Of a stretch of DNA of 64,000 bases, positions 1-10,768 are shown in pieces. The position numbers and the translations under genes are program-made. The stretch is from Prasinococcaceae sp. CCMP 1430 (taxonomy: Eukaryota; Plantae; Prasinodermophyta). Each line of letters starts with the position of its first letter. The stretch's first letter is position 1. The notes under the pieces are model-generated. The model made no database searches. It was not told the DNA's origin and saw nothing but the letters and a program-made list of their open reading frames with translations. Location: the NCBI GenBank assembly GCA_013416795.1, contig RQSC01000014.1, positions 486,768-550,767 on the forward strand. Direction: 5' to 3'.

Positions 1-186
1 GCGCCATGCAGCGCCCCCGGCGTCCAGGGCCTGGCGCCCGCAGTGGCCGCGCGGGTGTGCGCCGCGCTGCGCGCGCGCGGCGTCGCCGGGGGCAGCGACG
101 CGCCCGACGACATCGTGGCGGCTGCCAGGGAGGTGCTGCGCGAGGAGGCCGCGGCCCAGGCCGCAGCGCCAGCCGCGACGGCGTAG
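1..186 (+). CDS. C-terminal end of an unidentified gene running in from the left edge
   Basis: Frame 1 is open from base 1 to TAG at 184-186 (...APDDIVAAAREVLREEAAAQAAAPAATA*), with GCC/GCG-rich codons; an AT-richer 3'-UTR-like patch (tgtacagtaacaaa) follows at about 217-230. Confidence 0.45.
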   Translation, partial: APCSAPGVQGLAPAVAARVCAALRARGVAGGSDAPDDIVAAAREVLREEAAAQAAAPAATA

Positions 187-494
187 CAGAGCGGTGTGCG
201 GGCTGTGTTTCGTGTCTGTACAGTAACAAAGTGTGTGTACACAGGGAGGCGCGAGCGCCGCCGCCGCCGCGCCACAGCAGAGCCTCAGCGCGCCGCTGGG
301 GCCGACCGCTTGTCTCGGGCGCGTTCCTCGCGCGCGGCCGTGAGGCCAAGAGCCTGGGGGCAGGAACTCTCGGAGAGGCCCGGCGCGTGGCGATGGGCGC
401 GCCGTCCGGTGCGCCGCGCAGCGCGCGCCTGGGGCGGCGCGGACGCTCACATGCGCACACACACGTGCACACACACATGCACACGCAAACATAG

Positions 495-746
495 GCCGCC
501 CAGGCCGTGTGCCTGTTCGCGTACACCGCCGGCCCCGGCTGCGAGGTGCACCTGTTCGAGGGCGTGACGGAGGGCACCATCGTGCCCGCTCGCGGCCCGA
601 CCACCTTCGGCTGGGACCCCATCTTCCTGCCCGACGGCCACGAGCAGACGTACGCGGAGATGAGCAAGGAGGACAAGAACGCCATCTCGCACAGGTACAG
701 GGCGTTGCAGAAGCTCAGCGCCTTCTTCGGCGCGGGGCAGCAGTGA
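495..746 (+). CDS. ITPA: Inosine triphosphate pyrophosphatase (Ham1 family), last exon only
   Basis: AQAVCLFAY...[49 protein letters not shown] carries the FGWDPIF and SHR signatures; acceptor ATAG at 491-494 (or CAG at 501-503); N-terminal half not found. Confidence 0.92.
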   Translation, partial: AAQAVCLFAYTAGPGCEVHLFEGVTEGTIVPARGPTTFGWDPIFLPDGHEQTYAEMSKEDKNAISHRYRALQKLSAFFGAGQQ

Positions 747-1053
747 CGGCCGCGGCAGGCGACGAAGCGGCGACGGCGAAAACCGCCGCCGCGTGCGCGC
801 GCAAGCGCGCCGTGTGAGCGGCCCTCCGCCGCACGCCACGCGCGCTCTGGCAGCTCGGGCTCTGAGCGCAACCGAGACACGATCAAACATCGTACGGTGT
901 ACGTCGCGCCATCCGCGCGCGCCAGCGCGCTACTATAGTACTCCAACAGAGTTCGCCCCGGGGCGCCTCGCCCGCTGGCTCCCTCCAGGGGTTGTGCCTC
1001 CTCTCGATGAACATCTCTCAGCTCGCCGCGTGCGCGCCGTGCGCACGCACTGC

Positions 1054-3050
1054 TCAGCGCGCCTTGCTCAGCTCCAACGCCCCTGGGGTCTGCTCGGCGC
1101 CCATGGCCTCGTACATCCGATTCTGCTCGCGGCGTCGGCGGCGCACATACATCACGCCGCCAGCGATCGCGGCCACCACCGCGAGCGCAATCAGGGCCAC
1201 CGCCAGGCCCGATCCGCCCCAGCCGTCGCTGCTCGAGTCTTGCGGCGGCGACGGCTGCGAGGACGGCGTAGGCGGCGCAGCCGCTACGCCAGGCGGCGGC
1301 GGGCTCGGCGGCGAGTCAACGTGGTAGGCCATGATCAAGTAGCTCATCACGTTCTGGTGCGTGCCTCCTTCGATGGCGATTCTGGTGTCGTTTTGGCCGA
1401 CGAAATACCAGCCGTCGACGCGCAGCTTGTCGCCCTTCCTGACCAGGAGCGGCTCGGCGCGGCCGCCGCTGGCGGTGTCAGCGCCGGGGCCAATGCACTC
1501 CGACATCTCGACGAGGTATCCGAGCTCGTTTCCCGCTTCGCCTGCCACAGTCCCGTAGCGCGGCCAGCTTGCGCACTGCACCTCCCCGTTGAGGCGGAGC
1601 GTGACGTTGATCGCGCCGATGTGCTGGTGACCATAGGCATGGACAATGTGTCCATCAAAGTCGGCGTCGATTTCGACGCTGGCCACGTGCTCCGGCGCGG
1701 TGTTGTTCTCCTGGACGCTGTAGAAAGTCTCGCAGTCCGGCGCCGTTAGCACGCCTATCTCGACGGCCTGAACCTCTTCCGGGCACACCGTGTAGTTGAC
1801 CTCGTAGCGCAAGAAGTACTCGATCTCGTCAGGCACACTCTCGGTGGACTCAGGTGTGGTGGGACAACCGCAGGTGTTCTCGTAGCAGTACGCGGAGTCG
1901 CCGCAGCATTGGAAGAGACCGTCAGTGTCGCTGGTGCAATCTGAGCCCTTCGAGTCAAACCCCGGAGTATAGTGGCACTCGATGCACTCCTTGATCGCCC
2001 GCGGCGTGTCGGCCGACGCAGCAGTTGCGTTGGCATCCTCCGCAAGGGGCGCCAACCCCTGCGTTCGCAGGAGGTGGACGTTGGCCATGAAGTAGCGGCC
2101 TGCTGGAATGACGTAGCCGTATCCTTCGGGCAGGCGAACGGAGGAGTGCCGCGACTCGGCACCGATGCCAAACGTGAACGTGGGATCGTGACCGTGGTGA
2201 TGAAATGACTTGCACAGTGCATTTTCGTAGTCCTGGTACATTGCTACCCAGTGGTGATCGTAGCACTCGCTGAGCGGCGCAGGCACAAGGTCTTCGTACG
2301 CCGGCGGCTCCTCGGTCTGCGTCGCGTCCAGCGGCCGGCGGCCGATGTCGCCCGAAAATCCCGTGAGTGCGATGGCCGCCCCGGCGGCGGCGCCCGCCGC
2401 GCCACCGGGATCGCCTGGCATTGCGATTGGGGTGTCCTGCATGTTTGTGGCGGGGGCAGTAGTAGTAGAGGGAGCAAGCGAGCAAGAGGGATCAGCAGTA
2501 GTGGACATAGACGCTGCCGCACGGTGCTCGCGCACGCGCCATCCCGCCTGCCGCCTCACGGCCTCGGGCTATCGTGAGGACGTTTTCGTGCGCTTGCGCG
2601 TGCGTCGCGCTGATGTGCGAAAAGTGTGCCGCGGCCTATAGAGAACGTCGGGCGTCCACAGTCACCGGCCGTCATCGCCATCATGACTCATGAGGCTGTC
2701 TGCTACACTCCCCCCCCCCCCCCCCCCGTGCGCGCCATCCGTCCGCGCCACCTTTTGCTCGCGCACCTTCGGGTTGGTGAACACGAACTCGCCCGGCCGC
2801 AGCACCTGCGCAGGCGCGACAGCAGGCCGTCCGTCAGTCTGCCATCCAGGAGCAGGCGCCAACGATGGGATCGGGGCCCCTCGCGCGCGCTCGAGAGCAC
2901 ACGCACCATGCCTTTGGACACGTAGCGTGCCGTGCGCACGGCGCAGGCGCCCGACGGTTGCGCTTCCGGGGGCGCCTCGGCGCCCGCCGCCATCAGCGGG
3001 GCGACGCGCACAAACAGCGCCGCCGCCGCGGCGAGCGCGCGCATGGGCAT
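1054..3050 (-). CDS. SURNod19 (stress up-regulated Nod19) family protein with signal peptide and C-terminal TM helix; 3 exons 3050-2907, 2805-2767, 2436-1054
   Basis: Motifs PLSECYDHHW, FGIGAESR, ANVHLLRTQG, CIEC, YGHQHIGA, EAGNELGYLVEMSEC match recalled plant Nod19 motifs; both introns are GTGCG...CAG and phase 0; hydrophobic LAVALIALAVVAAIAGGVMYV followed by RRRRR. Confidence 0.85.
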
Positions 3051-3516
3051 GCGCAAACGGTGGCAGCTGAGCCTCCTCGTTGAATGGTGCCCTCTCTCTC
3101 ACGCGCTAGGCCCCCCGGCGCACCGCACGCGCGCTGTGTGTGCCACCGCCGCTGCCCCCTGCGATGCCGACCTGCGCGACCGCTGGCTGTCACCGCTCTC
3201 TTTGCTCGGCAGTCGGCACGCGCTCGACACACGCGCCGCTGAGTTCTTTGGCGCGCTCTCGCTTTCGATTTGCGCGGCGCCGGCGGGAAAGGTTGGGTCG
3301 CGACGCTCCCCCCCACGGCCGCCACACCCAAGGCCGCAGGCGCCCGCGCTGGCGACGGGGCCGGGTGCGTCTGGAGGGGCAGCCGAGCGTGGGACCGCGT
3401 CGCAGAGCCCCAGCTCCGCACGCGCGCCCGCCTAACCCACCCCACCCGAACCCCAGCGACCGCCGCGTAGGCGGGGGGGCGCCGTCCGCGCCTGCCCGCG
3501 CGCGCCGGAGCCCGCC

Positions 3517-5035
3517 ATGTCGGGCTTCAACCCGGTCGCCAACGCCGCCAAGGTGCAGCGCCTCAACGAGAAGCGCGACAAGGAGCTCAAGGAGCTGAAT
3601 CGCAAGCGCGAGGAGGCCGCCGCGCGCTCCGCCGGCGCCGGCCTCAAGTCCTTCGGCGCCGCGCGCGTCACGCTCGACGCCGCCGTCGCCGCCCAGACCG
3701 TGGGCCTCGTGAGCCGCGACGACTTCCTGGCGACACGCAAGCGCCTCGAGGCCGAGTCAGAGGCGGAGGCGGCCGCCAAGGCGGAGGCCCTGAGGGCCGG
3801 CGCGGCAGCGAAGCAGGCGGCGGAGAAGAAGGCCCTCGCAGAGAAGCGCCGGAAAGAGAGGAGCGCGCTCTCCTTCTATGATGAGGACGACGACAGCGAC
3901 GGGAGCGACGACGAGAGCGACGGCAGGTGCGATGACGCAGAGCGCGCGGATCGGCGACTGGACGCGCGCGCGCGCGCGGGTGGGTCGATGCGCGCGCCTC
4001 AAGGGATATACCCACGTGCGCGAGCCATGCCGCCGCGCGCTGCTCGTCCGGCGCCGCGCGCGGCGCCGCGCGCTCCTCCCCCTCCCGGCGCTGACGGCGG
4101 CGCGCCGATCTCCCCGAGCGCGGCCGGGCGTGCGGTGTCGCTCCCGCTCCGCGCGCGCGCGGTCCGCGTCGACCCTCGCGTTGCCGCGCCCATCCGCAGC
4201 GAGGACGCCCCTGCCCCGCCCAAACGTGCCCGCAAGATCGGCAAGGACCCCGGCGCCTCGACCGACTTCCTGCCCGATCGCGACCGCGAGGCCGAGGCGG
4301 CCGCGGCGCGAGAGGCGCTCGCTGCGGACTGGCGCGCGCGCGAAGACGAGCTCAAGCAGAACGACATCTCCATCACCTACTCGTTTTGGGACGGCCGAGG
4401 CCATCGCCGCAACATCAGCGTCAAGCGCGGGGCCACCGTGGGCGACTTCCTGGACGCCGTGCGCAGGCAGCTCGCGTCGGAGGGCTTCAGGGAGATGAAG
4501 GTGCGTGGGTGTGGCCACGGAGGGAAATTGGGCAGGGAGGGCGGCAGGAGATGGTGACGCGAGCGAGCACCGCGCACGCGCACCACCCAGCTGGCGCACC
4601 ACGGAGCTCTCTCTCTCTCTCTACCTACCTCTACCTCTAGCTCTCTCTGGTCGTCCTCGGTCGGGACGCTGGCGCGCCGCCGGCCCTGCCGCTGACTCGC
4701 CGGATGTCCACGGCCCTCTTTCTCGCGCCCCGCCCTGTCCCACCCTGTCTTGCCTCGCCCCGCGTCCTCTCGCCTGGCGTTGTGCCTCCCTCGTTCGGCC
4801 TCGGCGGCCGACGCGCGTGCGCGGCACAGCGCGCCACCACCGCCGACCTGATGTATGTGAAGGAGGATCTGATCCTGCCGCAGGGCGTGACGTTCCACCA
4901 CCTCATTTCAACCAAGGCGCGCGGCAAGTCGGGGCCGCTCTTCCACTTCGACGTCCACGACGACATTCGCCTCAGGGGCGACGCCACCAAGGAGAAGGAC
5001 GAGTCGCACGCCGGAAAGGTCTGCGAGAGGCACTG
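3517..5035 (+). CDS. XCT: FAM50/XAP5 (XCT) nuclear protein; exons 3517-3926, 4200-4500, 4830-5035; last exon lost in the gap at 5209
   Basis: [72 protein letters not shown] are FAM50 motifs; GTGCG donors with compatible phases. Confidence 0.92.
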
Positions 5036-5209
5036 GTGCGTCGTACACGCGCGTCCGCGAGGTTTCGGGTGGGCGGGTTGATGCTCGGGGAGCAATGCGC
5101 ATGCCTTGCGCGGCGCGACCGGACTCGCGCGGGAGGACGCTGTGGGTGGCTGACATCGCCGCCATGGTAGTGCTTGTGCGTCCTGGAAGCCGTGTCGTCA
5201 TGTGGGTCN

Positions 5210-6322
5210 CCTCAAACACCGTCAGATTGTTTTGAGGCGTGCGCAGCAACGCGACGAGCGCGCGCTCCACGCGCGCGCGCGCGGCTGCAAGTGCAGGAGC
5301 AAGGTCCTCGTCGCCGCCGCCGCTACCACCGCCGCTCCCAGTGGTATTGCTCACCACATGGGCATGCGCGAAGAGGTCCAGCGGGTCGTACCCGGAGCGG
5401 GAGGTCACCTCACCTCGCCGGGCCTTGTATTCCTGATGCAGCGAGTATCGGCTCATGCCGCTGCAGTGCGCGTCGGTCACCGGCAGACCGCACTTCGGTT
5501 TGATCTCGAAGCACAGAGCACGCGCGCATGCGTCTGCGTGAGCGGTCGCGTGCGCGCCATGATCTGCCTGCGCTGACGCCCGCGCGCTTTCCAAGCCTCT
5601 CCGCCATGCCGCCGCAAGCGCGAGAGCCGCCGACGAGGTGTGGTCGCGCTCGAGCAGCGCGTGCGGCTCGAGCTCCACACCTGCAGGGCCGCCCATGGGC
5701 GCGCTCGCCTTTGCGTGCGTTGCCGGCGCCAGGCCGTCCCTACGCGCCTGTGCGAGCGCGCGCCCGAGCGCGTGCCTGAGGTGTGTGGGCATCTCGAGCG
5801 GCGCAGCATCACAGGGGGTGGCGCTTTGCGGAACGCCACGAGCGGCGAGCCGCGGGCCAGCGACGAGTGCGGCGTACGCACGCGCGCGGTGCGCCCACGA
5901 GCGCGCGCAGGTAATGTCGCTGCCATATCGAGCCCACGCGGCGCGCTCCGACGGCGCCAGTGTGTCTGAGAGCGTGGGGCGCGCGTGTGCCAACGTGCGA
6001 GCGCAGGTGCGAATGCGAGAGAAAGAGGGAGAGCGCGAGTGCGCCGTCGCGTGCGTGTGCGAGAGAGCACGTGCGCGTCAGCAGATGCATTGATGGCAAC
6101 CTTTGCGAGGACACGCGCGCGCGCCAGCGAGCGAGCGGGCAGGGCAAACGCACCGCCTCCTGCGCTACCCCCGACTGCCTTGCGCGCACGCAGCACCATG
6201 CCGGCGAGCGCCGCGTCGGCGCCCGCGTAGGCGAACACCGCGTGCGCACCGCCCTCGTTGCGGTAGCGCCAGTCGGCCGCGGCGCTCGCGGCTGCCGCTG
6301 CCGCCGCATCCCCCACTCCCAC
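5210..6322 (-). CDS. IPK1: Inositol-pentakisphosphate 2-kinase; intron 6153-5966; 3' end truncated at the N (5209), start codon unresolved
   Basis: DWRYRNEGGAHAVFAY, LCFEIKPKCG, SRYSLHQ, YDPLDLF, LLRTPQNNLTVF follow the IPK1 motif order; the phase-1 GTGCGT...CAG intron joins the two ORFs. Confidence 0.88.
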
Positions 6323-6904
6323 CCCTTCATAACGCCCCCGCCGCGCGCTGTCCCCGACCGTCGCGGAGGCTCACACCCTCCGCAGCAGTCGCGCAATCCG
6401 AATCAGATTCGGATTTGGCCCCAGTCGCGTCGCCGGATGATAACGAGCAGGATCGGATCGGATCGGATCGGGCCGACGCTCGCGCGAGCGCGTGGCCTCG
6501 CCCGCCCGTTCCAGCGTCGGAAACGGCGGCGCGGGCGACAGCGCGCGCCGCGCGAGGCGGGGCTCGGACCGGAGCCTCGGACGCCGCGGGGGTCACAGAC
6601 AGAGGGGTGAGCATGGCCCCATTGGTGGGGGATGGTTGGGAGAAGCCCGGGCGGGGGGCCGTCAAGTGTGGATGGCGTATAGATAGGGGAGGGTGTCAGA
6701 AATGGTGTCTACTACCCGCTCTCTCTCTCTCTCTACTAGAGAGAGAGCCTAGCTAGCTACGGTAGCTATAGAGAGACACCTCTCTACCGCGGCGGCCTCA
6801 GCCAGAGCGGCACCACGCGGCCCTTTCCAGCGAGCGAAAGCGAGCGAGCGAGCCGGAGCGCTTGTCTTTGTGGTCGGACGCGTCGCGGTGCGCGGCCTGG
6901 CGCT

Positions 6905-7435
6905 CTACGGCGGCGTCTCGGCCGCTCCCGGCGTCGCGTAGCGCTCGCCCAGCCGGTCGTGCTGCGGCCACTGCACCGCCTCGCGGATCTGCTGGAGGCT
7001 GGGCTGGGCCTGGGCGGGCACGTTGTCGGCCTCCACTGCGTCGAGCGCCAGCTCCATCCCCGCCATGGCGCCGCCCATGACGCTGAGCGGGTAGGCGACC
7101 ACGGCGAAGCCCAGCTCCGCGAGGCGCGAGCGCGGCAGCAGCGGCGTCTTGCCGCCGCCCTCGAGGTTGTTGGCCATCTTGGGCACGTGCGGCGCCTGCT
7201 CGCAGAGCGCCATCATCTCCGCCTCGCTCTCGAGCGCGTCCACAAAGAGCACGTCGGCACCCGCCTCGGCAAACGCCCGCACGCGCGCCAGCGCCTCGTC
7301 GATGCCCTCGGCCTGGCGCGCGTCGGTGCGCGCCACCACGCAGATTGCGTCGGAGGGCCCGCCCGCGCCGGCCGCGCCCAGCTCGGCGGCGATGGCGTCG
7401 CGGGCGTCGAAGATCGCGCGCTCGGCCGTGCGATC
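6905..7435 (-). CDS. PEP mutase / isocitrate lyase superfamily enzyme (2-methylisocitrate lyase or oxaloacetate acetylhydrolase-like), C-terminal half
   Basis: VVARTDA...EALARVRAFAEAGADVLFVDAL...KMANNLEGGGKTP...LAELGFAVVAYP; the N-terminal half with the D.D.GYG and KKCGH loop is missing beyond the N at 7436. Confidence 0.88.
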   Translation of the reverse strand, partial: DRTAERAIFDARDAIAAELGAAGAGGPSDAICVVARTDARQAEGIDEALARVRAFAEAGADVLFVDALESEAEMMALCEQAPHVPKMANNLEGGGKTPLLPRSRLAELGFAVVAYPLSVMGGAMAGMELALDAVEADNVPAQAQPSLQQIREAVQWPQHDRLGERYATPGAAETPP

Positions 7436-7436
7436 N

Positions 7437-7687
7437 GTGCGGTCGGCCCACGCGAAGCACAGATCGTTGGCGCGCTGCAGCACGTGGCGCCAGTCGATGC
7501 CCTCCTCAAAGGCTGCCCTCCCCTGCACCTCGTCGTACACGCCGCGCGCGGCCAGCCCCTCGTGCGCGACGCGCTCGTAGCGCTCCTCCTCGAGCGACTC
7601 GCATGCGCCGAACACGAGCGCGGCGCGCATGTCATCGTCGCCCTCCCAGCAGTGCTCGTAGCGCGGCGCGTGGAACGCCGCCTCCAT
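7437..7687 (-). CDS. N-terminal fragment of an unidentified protein, truncated at the N (7436)
   Basis: ATG at 7687; MEAAFHAPRYEHCWEGDDDMRAALVFG...IDWRHVLQRANDLCFAWADR has globular composition and strong C/G third-position bias. Confidence 0.5.
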
Positions 7688-8326
7688 CTCGCGCGGCGCG
7701 GAGCGGCGCGAGGCGCGAGGCGAGGCGACGCAGCCGTCAACCCAACGCCCCGCGGCGCCGCGGCGAGGCGCGCCATCGCGCCCCCTCCCCCGCTCCCTCG
7801 CAGCTGCCGGCGGGCGCTCTGGCGCCGGGCGCGCACAGCCCACGCCAGCACGCGCAGGGCGTGAGCGCCCCCAGCAGTCGGGCGTGTGTGGATGGGGTTT
7901 GGGTTGGGGCTTTCGATTTTTGGGTATTGGCTCGGATGTCCGTGAGCGGAAATAGAGCATGGCATCGCAATACTGTACCATGATGGTACCGCCTCCTGGT
8001 GCGTGCGTGTACTGCGCGCGCGCGCGCCGAAGCGCCTGCACTTCTTGAAGTGCAGAGCACGTACTTCCACCGCAGCCCATCTCCGTCGCGACCCTCTACT
8101 CTCTAACTAGAACTACTAGCCAGAGGCCCCTAATGGCAAAGCCAAAGCTCACATTTATGCATTAGATCGCACTACGTGGACCGTCCGGGCGCCATAGGCC
8201 ATTCTGGGCCGACGGGATGCCTAATCGCTTGTGTTACGCACTGGCGTGCGCGGACGCGCCGGCCCGGGCCGCGTCCGAGCGCGTCCGAGTCCGCGCCATC
8301 CGAGGCGTGCGCCACGGTGCGCCGCG

Positions 8327-10063
8327 TCATACGTTCGCTTCACGAGGACGCCGCGGAGGCAGCCCGCGCCTCCTGCGCAGCCGCGTCTCCGCGCCCTCGT
8401 AACTGACGCCTCCGTGTGCCTCGCCGACGTCGCCGTCGGACTCAGGCGCGGCGGCGCCCATAGCCGGTCCTCGGTCAGAGACCTTGCTCTTCAACCTCCC
8501 GCGAGCGTCTCGCACCGCGCCCCGCGCGGCGGGCGCCTCGCTCGGGTGCAGCTCGTGCACCCACTCTTCCGTCCTCCGCCGCGCCCGTCGCTGGGGTTCC
8601 TCCTCTTCCGACTCGACGTCATCGTCGGACCTGATGTCGGCGTCCATGGTGCCCTTGAGGAGCCGCGCGATCATGCGCACGATGAGGCCGAACCAGAAGA
8701 TGTGAATGGGAACGAGCGCGCACATCACGCCAATGCCCGCGATCTCCAGCCACGTGCGCTGCGTGTGGACCATGTACACGCCCGCGCCGCCGATCTCGGT
8801 GGCATACGTGCGCAGCGCGTTGGCGATGAGGGACGGGTAGTAGAGCAGGCGCGAGGTGAAGAACACGAGCACGAAGACGCCAAAGAGCGTCGACGCGAGG
8901 GGCTCCACGGCGGAGTACTTGAGGAGCTTGGCCACGTGCAGCGGCGGGTCCGACAGGTTGTGCGCGAGCCACAGGGGGGGGGCGAGCCTCCAGTGGCCCG
9001 TCGTGCACACGGCGACGACCAGGCCGAGGGCGACCACGTGGTGCACGATCATCTCCTTCCAGTCGCTCTTGCTCTCCCCCGGGCGCGTCACGCGCGTCCA
9101 CGCCACGTGCACGATCTGGGCGGCGTACCAGGCGCCCTCGAGCAGCACGATGAACACCAGGGCGGGCGGAGCCGAGGCGACCACCATCGTTTCGCTCGCC
9201 TCCTGCCCTCCGGTGCCCGGCCCCGTCGGCACCTCGACCGTGGCAAATTCGTGCGGGGCGTACATGAAGAGCGAGTCGCGCCCCTCGGACCACGGCACGG
9301 TGACGAAGTCGAAGCACCAGCCCCAGAGGCCGTCGCGCGAGAGCATCGCCAGCGTCAAGGCGATGTTGGACGAATAGTACAGGGCCTCGATGGCGGCCTT
9401 TGCCCACTTGCGCTTGGCGGCGGCGGGTACGTACGTGCGCGTGCCGAGCCGGTTGGTCTTCCTCGGCAGCACGCACGCGCCCGCGAACGCCCCCAGCGCC
9501 CTCCGCAGCACCGCGAGCGCGAGCGACATGGCGAGCGCGTAAAGCACCTGCGCGCCCAGCAGGCCGTCGTCCTCCACCTCCTTGCAGCCGAGCAGGCTGT
9601 CATTCACGTATTCGCTCGCGAGCGCGAGGCAGGTCACGTAGCTCCAGCTGCGGCGCATCGAGAGCCCGCCGCTGGCACCGTCGCCCCCATCGCCGGACTC
9701 AGCCCGAGCAAGCTTGGGGGTGTTGTACTCCTGGGCGCACCCCTCTGGCGTCGCCTTGCCGGCGAGCGTCGACGCCACGAACGCGCCGTGGCCCGCACCG
9801 CCGGGGTGCGGGCAGGCGGCGGCCGCCCCTCCACGGCCTCCAGCATCGGACGGCGCAGGCTTCGAATCCGACGCCGAGGAGGCCGAGCATCCATCGGGAC
9901 TCGCGCCCGCTGCTCCCCGCGCTCCGAAGTGCTCGGCTGCAGCCCTCACAGAGCTGCCGAGCATCGCGAGCGGCATGTACGCCCCCGGCGGAGTGGGCAC
10001 GCCCGGCGCCGCCGCGAGGCCCGTCGCGAAGGCCGCGGCGGCGATGCAGGCGCCCTTGCGCGC
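8327..10063 (-). CDS. TLC-domain (LAG1/ceramide-synthase-like) membrane protein; 5' end interrupted by the N run; possible first exon 10541-10485
   Basis: KWAKAAIEALYYS, KSDWKEMIVHHVVALGL, HNLSDPPLHVAKLLKY, FFTSRLLYYP, IHIFWFGLIVRM, DIRSDDD acidic tail. Confidence 0.85.
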   Translation of the reverse strand, partial: ARKGACIAAAAFATGLAAAPGVPTPPGAYMPLAMLGSSVRAAAEHFGARGAAGASPDGCSASSASDSKPAPSDAGGRGGAAAACPHPGGAGHGAFVASTLAGKATPEGCAQEYNTPKLARAESGDGGDGASGGLSMRRSWSYVTCLALASEYVNDSLLGCKEVEDDGLLGAQVLYALAMSLALAVLRRALGAFAGACVLPRKTNRLGTRTYVPAAAKRKWAKAAIEALYYSSNIALTLAMLSRDGLWGWCFDFVTVPWSEGRDSLFMYAPHEFATVEVPTGPGTGGQEASETMVVASAPPALVFIVLLEGAWYAAQIVHVAWTRVTRPGESKSDWKEMIVHHVVALGLVVAVCTTGHWRLAPPLWLAHNLSDPPLHVAKLLKYSAVEPLASTLFGVFVLVFFTSRLLYYPSLIANALRTYATEIGGAGVYMVHTQRTWLEIAGIGVMCALVPIHIFWFGLIVRMIARLLKGTMDADIRSDDDVESEEEEPQRRARRRTEEWVHELHPSEAPAARGAVRDARGRLKSKVSDRGPAMGAAAPESDGDVGEAHGGVSYEGAETRLRRRRGLPPRRPREANV

Positions 10064-10267
10064 NNNNNNNNNNNNNNNNNNNNNNNNNNNNNNNNNNNNN
10101 NNNNNNNNNNNNNNNNNNNNNNNNNNNNNNNNNNNNNNNNNNNNNNNNNNNNNNNNNNNNNNNNNNNNNNNNNNNNNNNNNNNNNNNNNNNNNNNNNNNN
10201 NNNNNNNNNNNNNNNNNNNNNNNNNNNNNNNNNNNNNNNNNNNNNNNNNNNNNNNNNNNNNNNNNNN
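10064..10267. other. Assembly gap (N run)
   Basis: 204 consecutive N. Confidence 1.
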
Positions 10268-10768
10268 CGCGACGACGCCCCACGCCGCCCCGCCACCCCC
10301 CCCAGGCTTTGCTCCACTCCTCGCTTGGCGGCCGCGCGCGCGCGTGGCGCGGCAGCGCCGACCTCCGCGCCACGCCGTCGCAGTGGCAATAATGGCACGC
10401 GGCGCTAACCCGCGCGGCGCGCCAACAGCCCGGCAGCAACACCAAAAGCGACAGACAGCAACAGCCTGCGCCCACACCACGTACCCGTCCGGCCCACAGA
10501 CAGGAGCAAAAAGAGGTCTCTTCTTCCTCTGGAACATCCATCACAGTAACGAGCGTCTGAACCCTTTCCCTGCTCACGCCGGAGGAAAGCCTGAAAAAAA
10601 ATGCAGCGTTCAGGGTGAGGGTGAGGGTTCAGGGTTTTGAAACGGGCTCGTTTTCGTTGCCGGCAATTGCATTGCCCCGGCCGGCGGTCTGACGCGTGGC
10701 GCACCGCCGCGCACCGGCGATCCGGCCGCGAGAGAATTTGGGCCCTCGATCCGTCGCCGGCCCTGCAG

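Noticed and set aside
4908-5993. IPK1 ORF continuing through the X with a novel C-terminus
   Set aside because: Sequence beyond N5209 is the antisense of the FAM50 intron and exon
6450-6472. (GGATC)4 and (CCGGG)n at 13812-13852 as regulatory arrays
   Set aside because: Ordinary pentanucleotide microsatellites with no further support
6905-8080. 391-aa ORF as a novel-domain / PEP-mutase fusion
   Set aside because: The junction is exactly the N at 7436 and the enzyme lacks its N-terminal catalytic half; it is a scaffold chimera
10601-10620. ATG at 10601 as first exon of the Rossmann gene
   Set aside because: Both GTGAGG donors give phase 2, whereas the acceptor at 10768 needs phase 0
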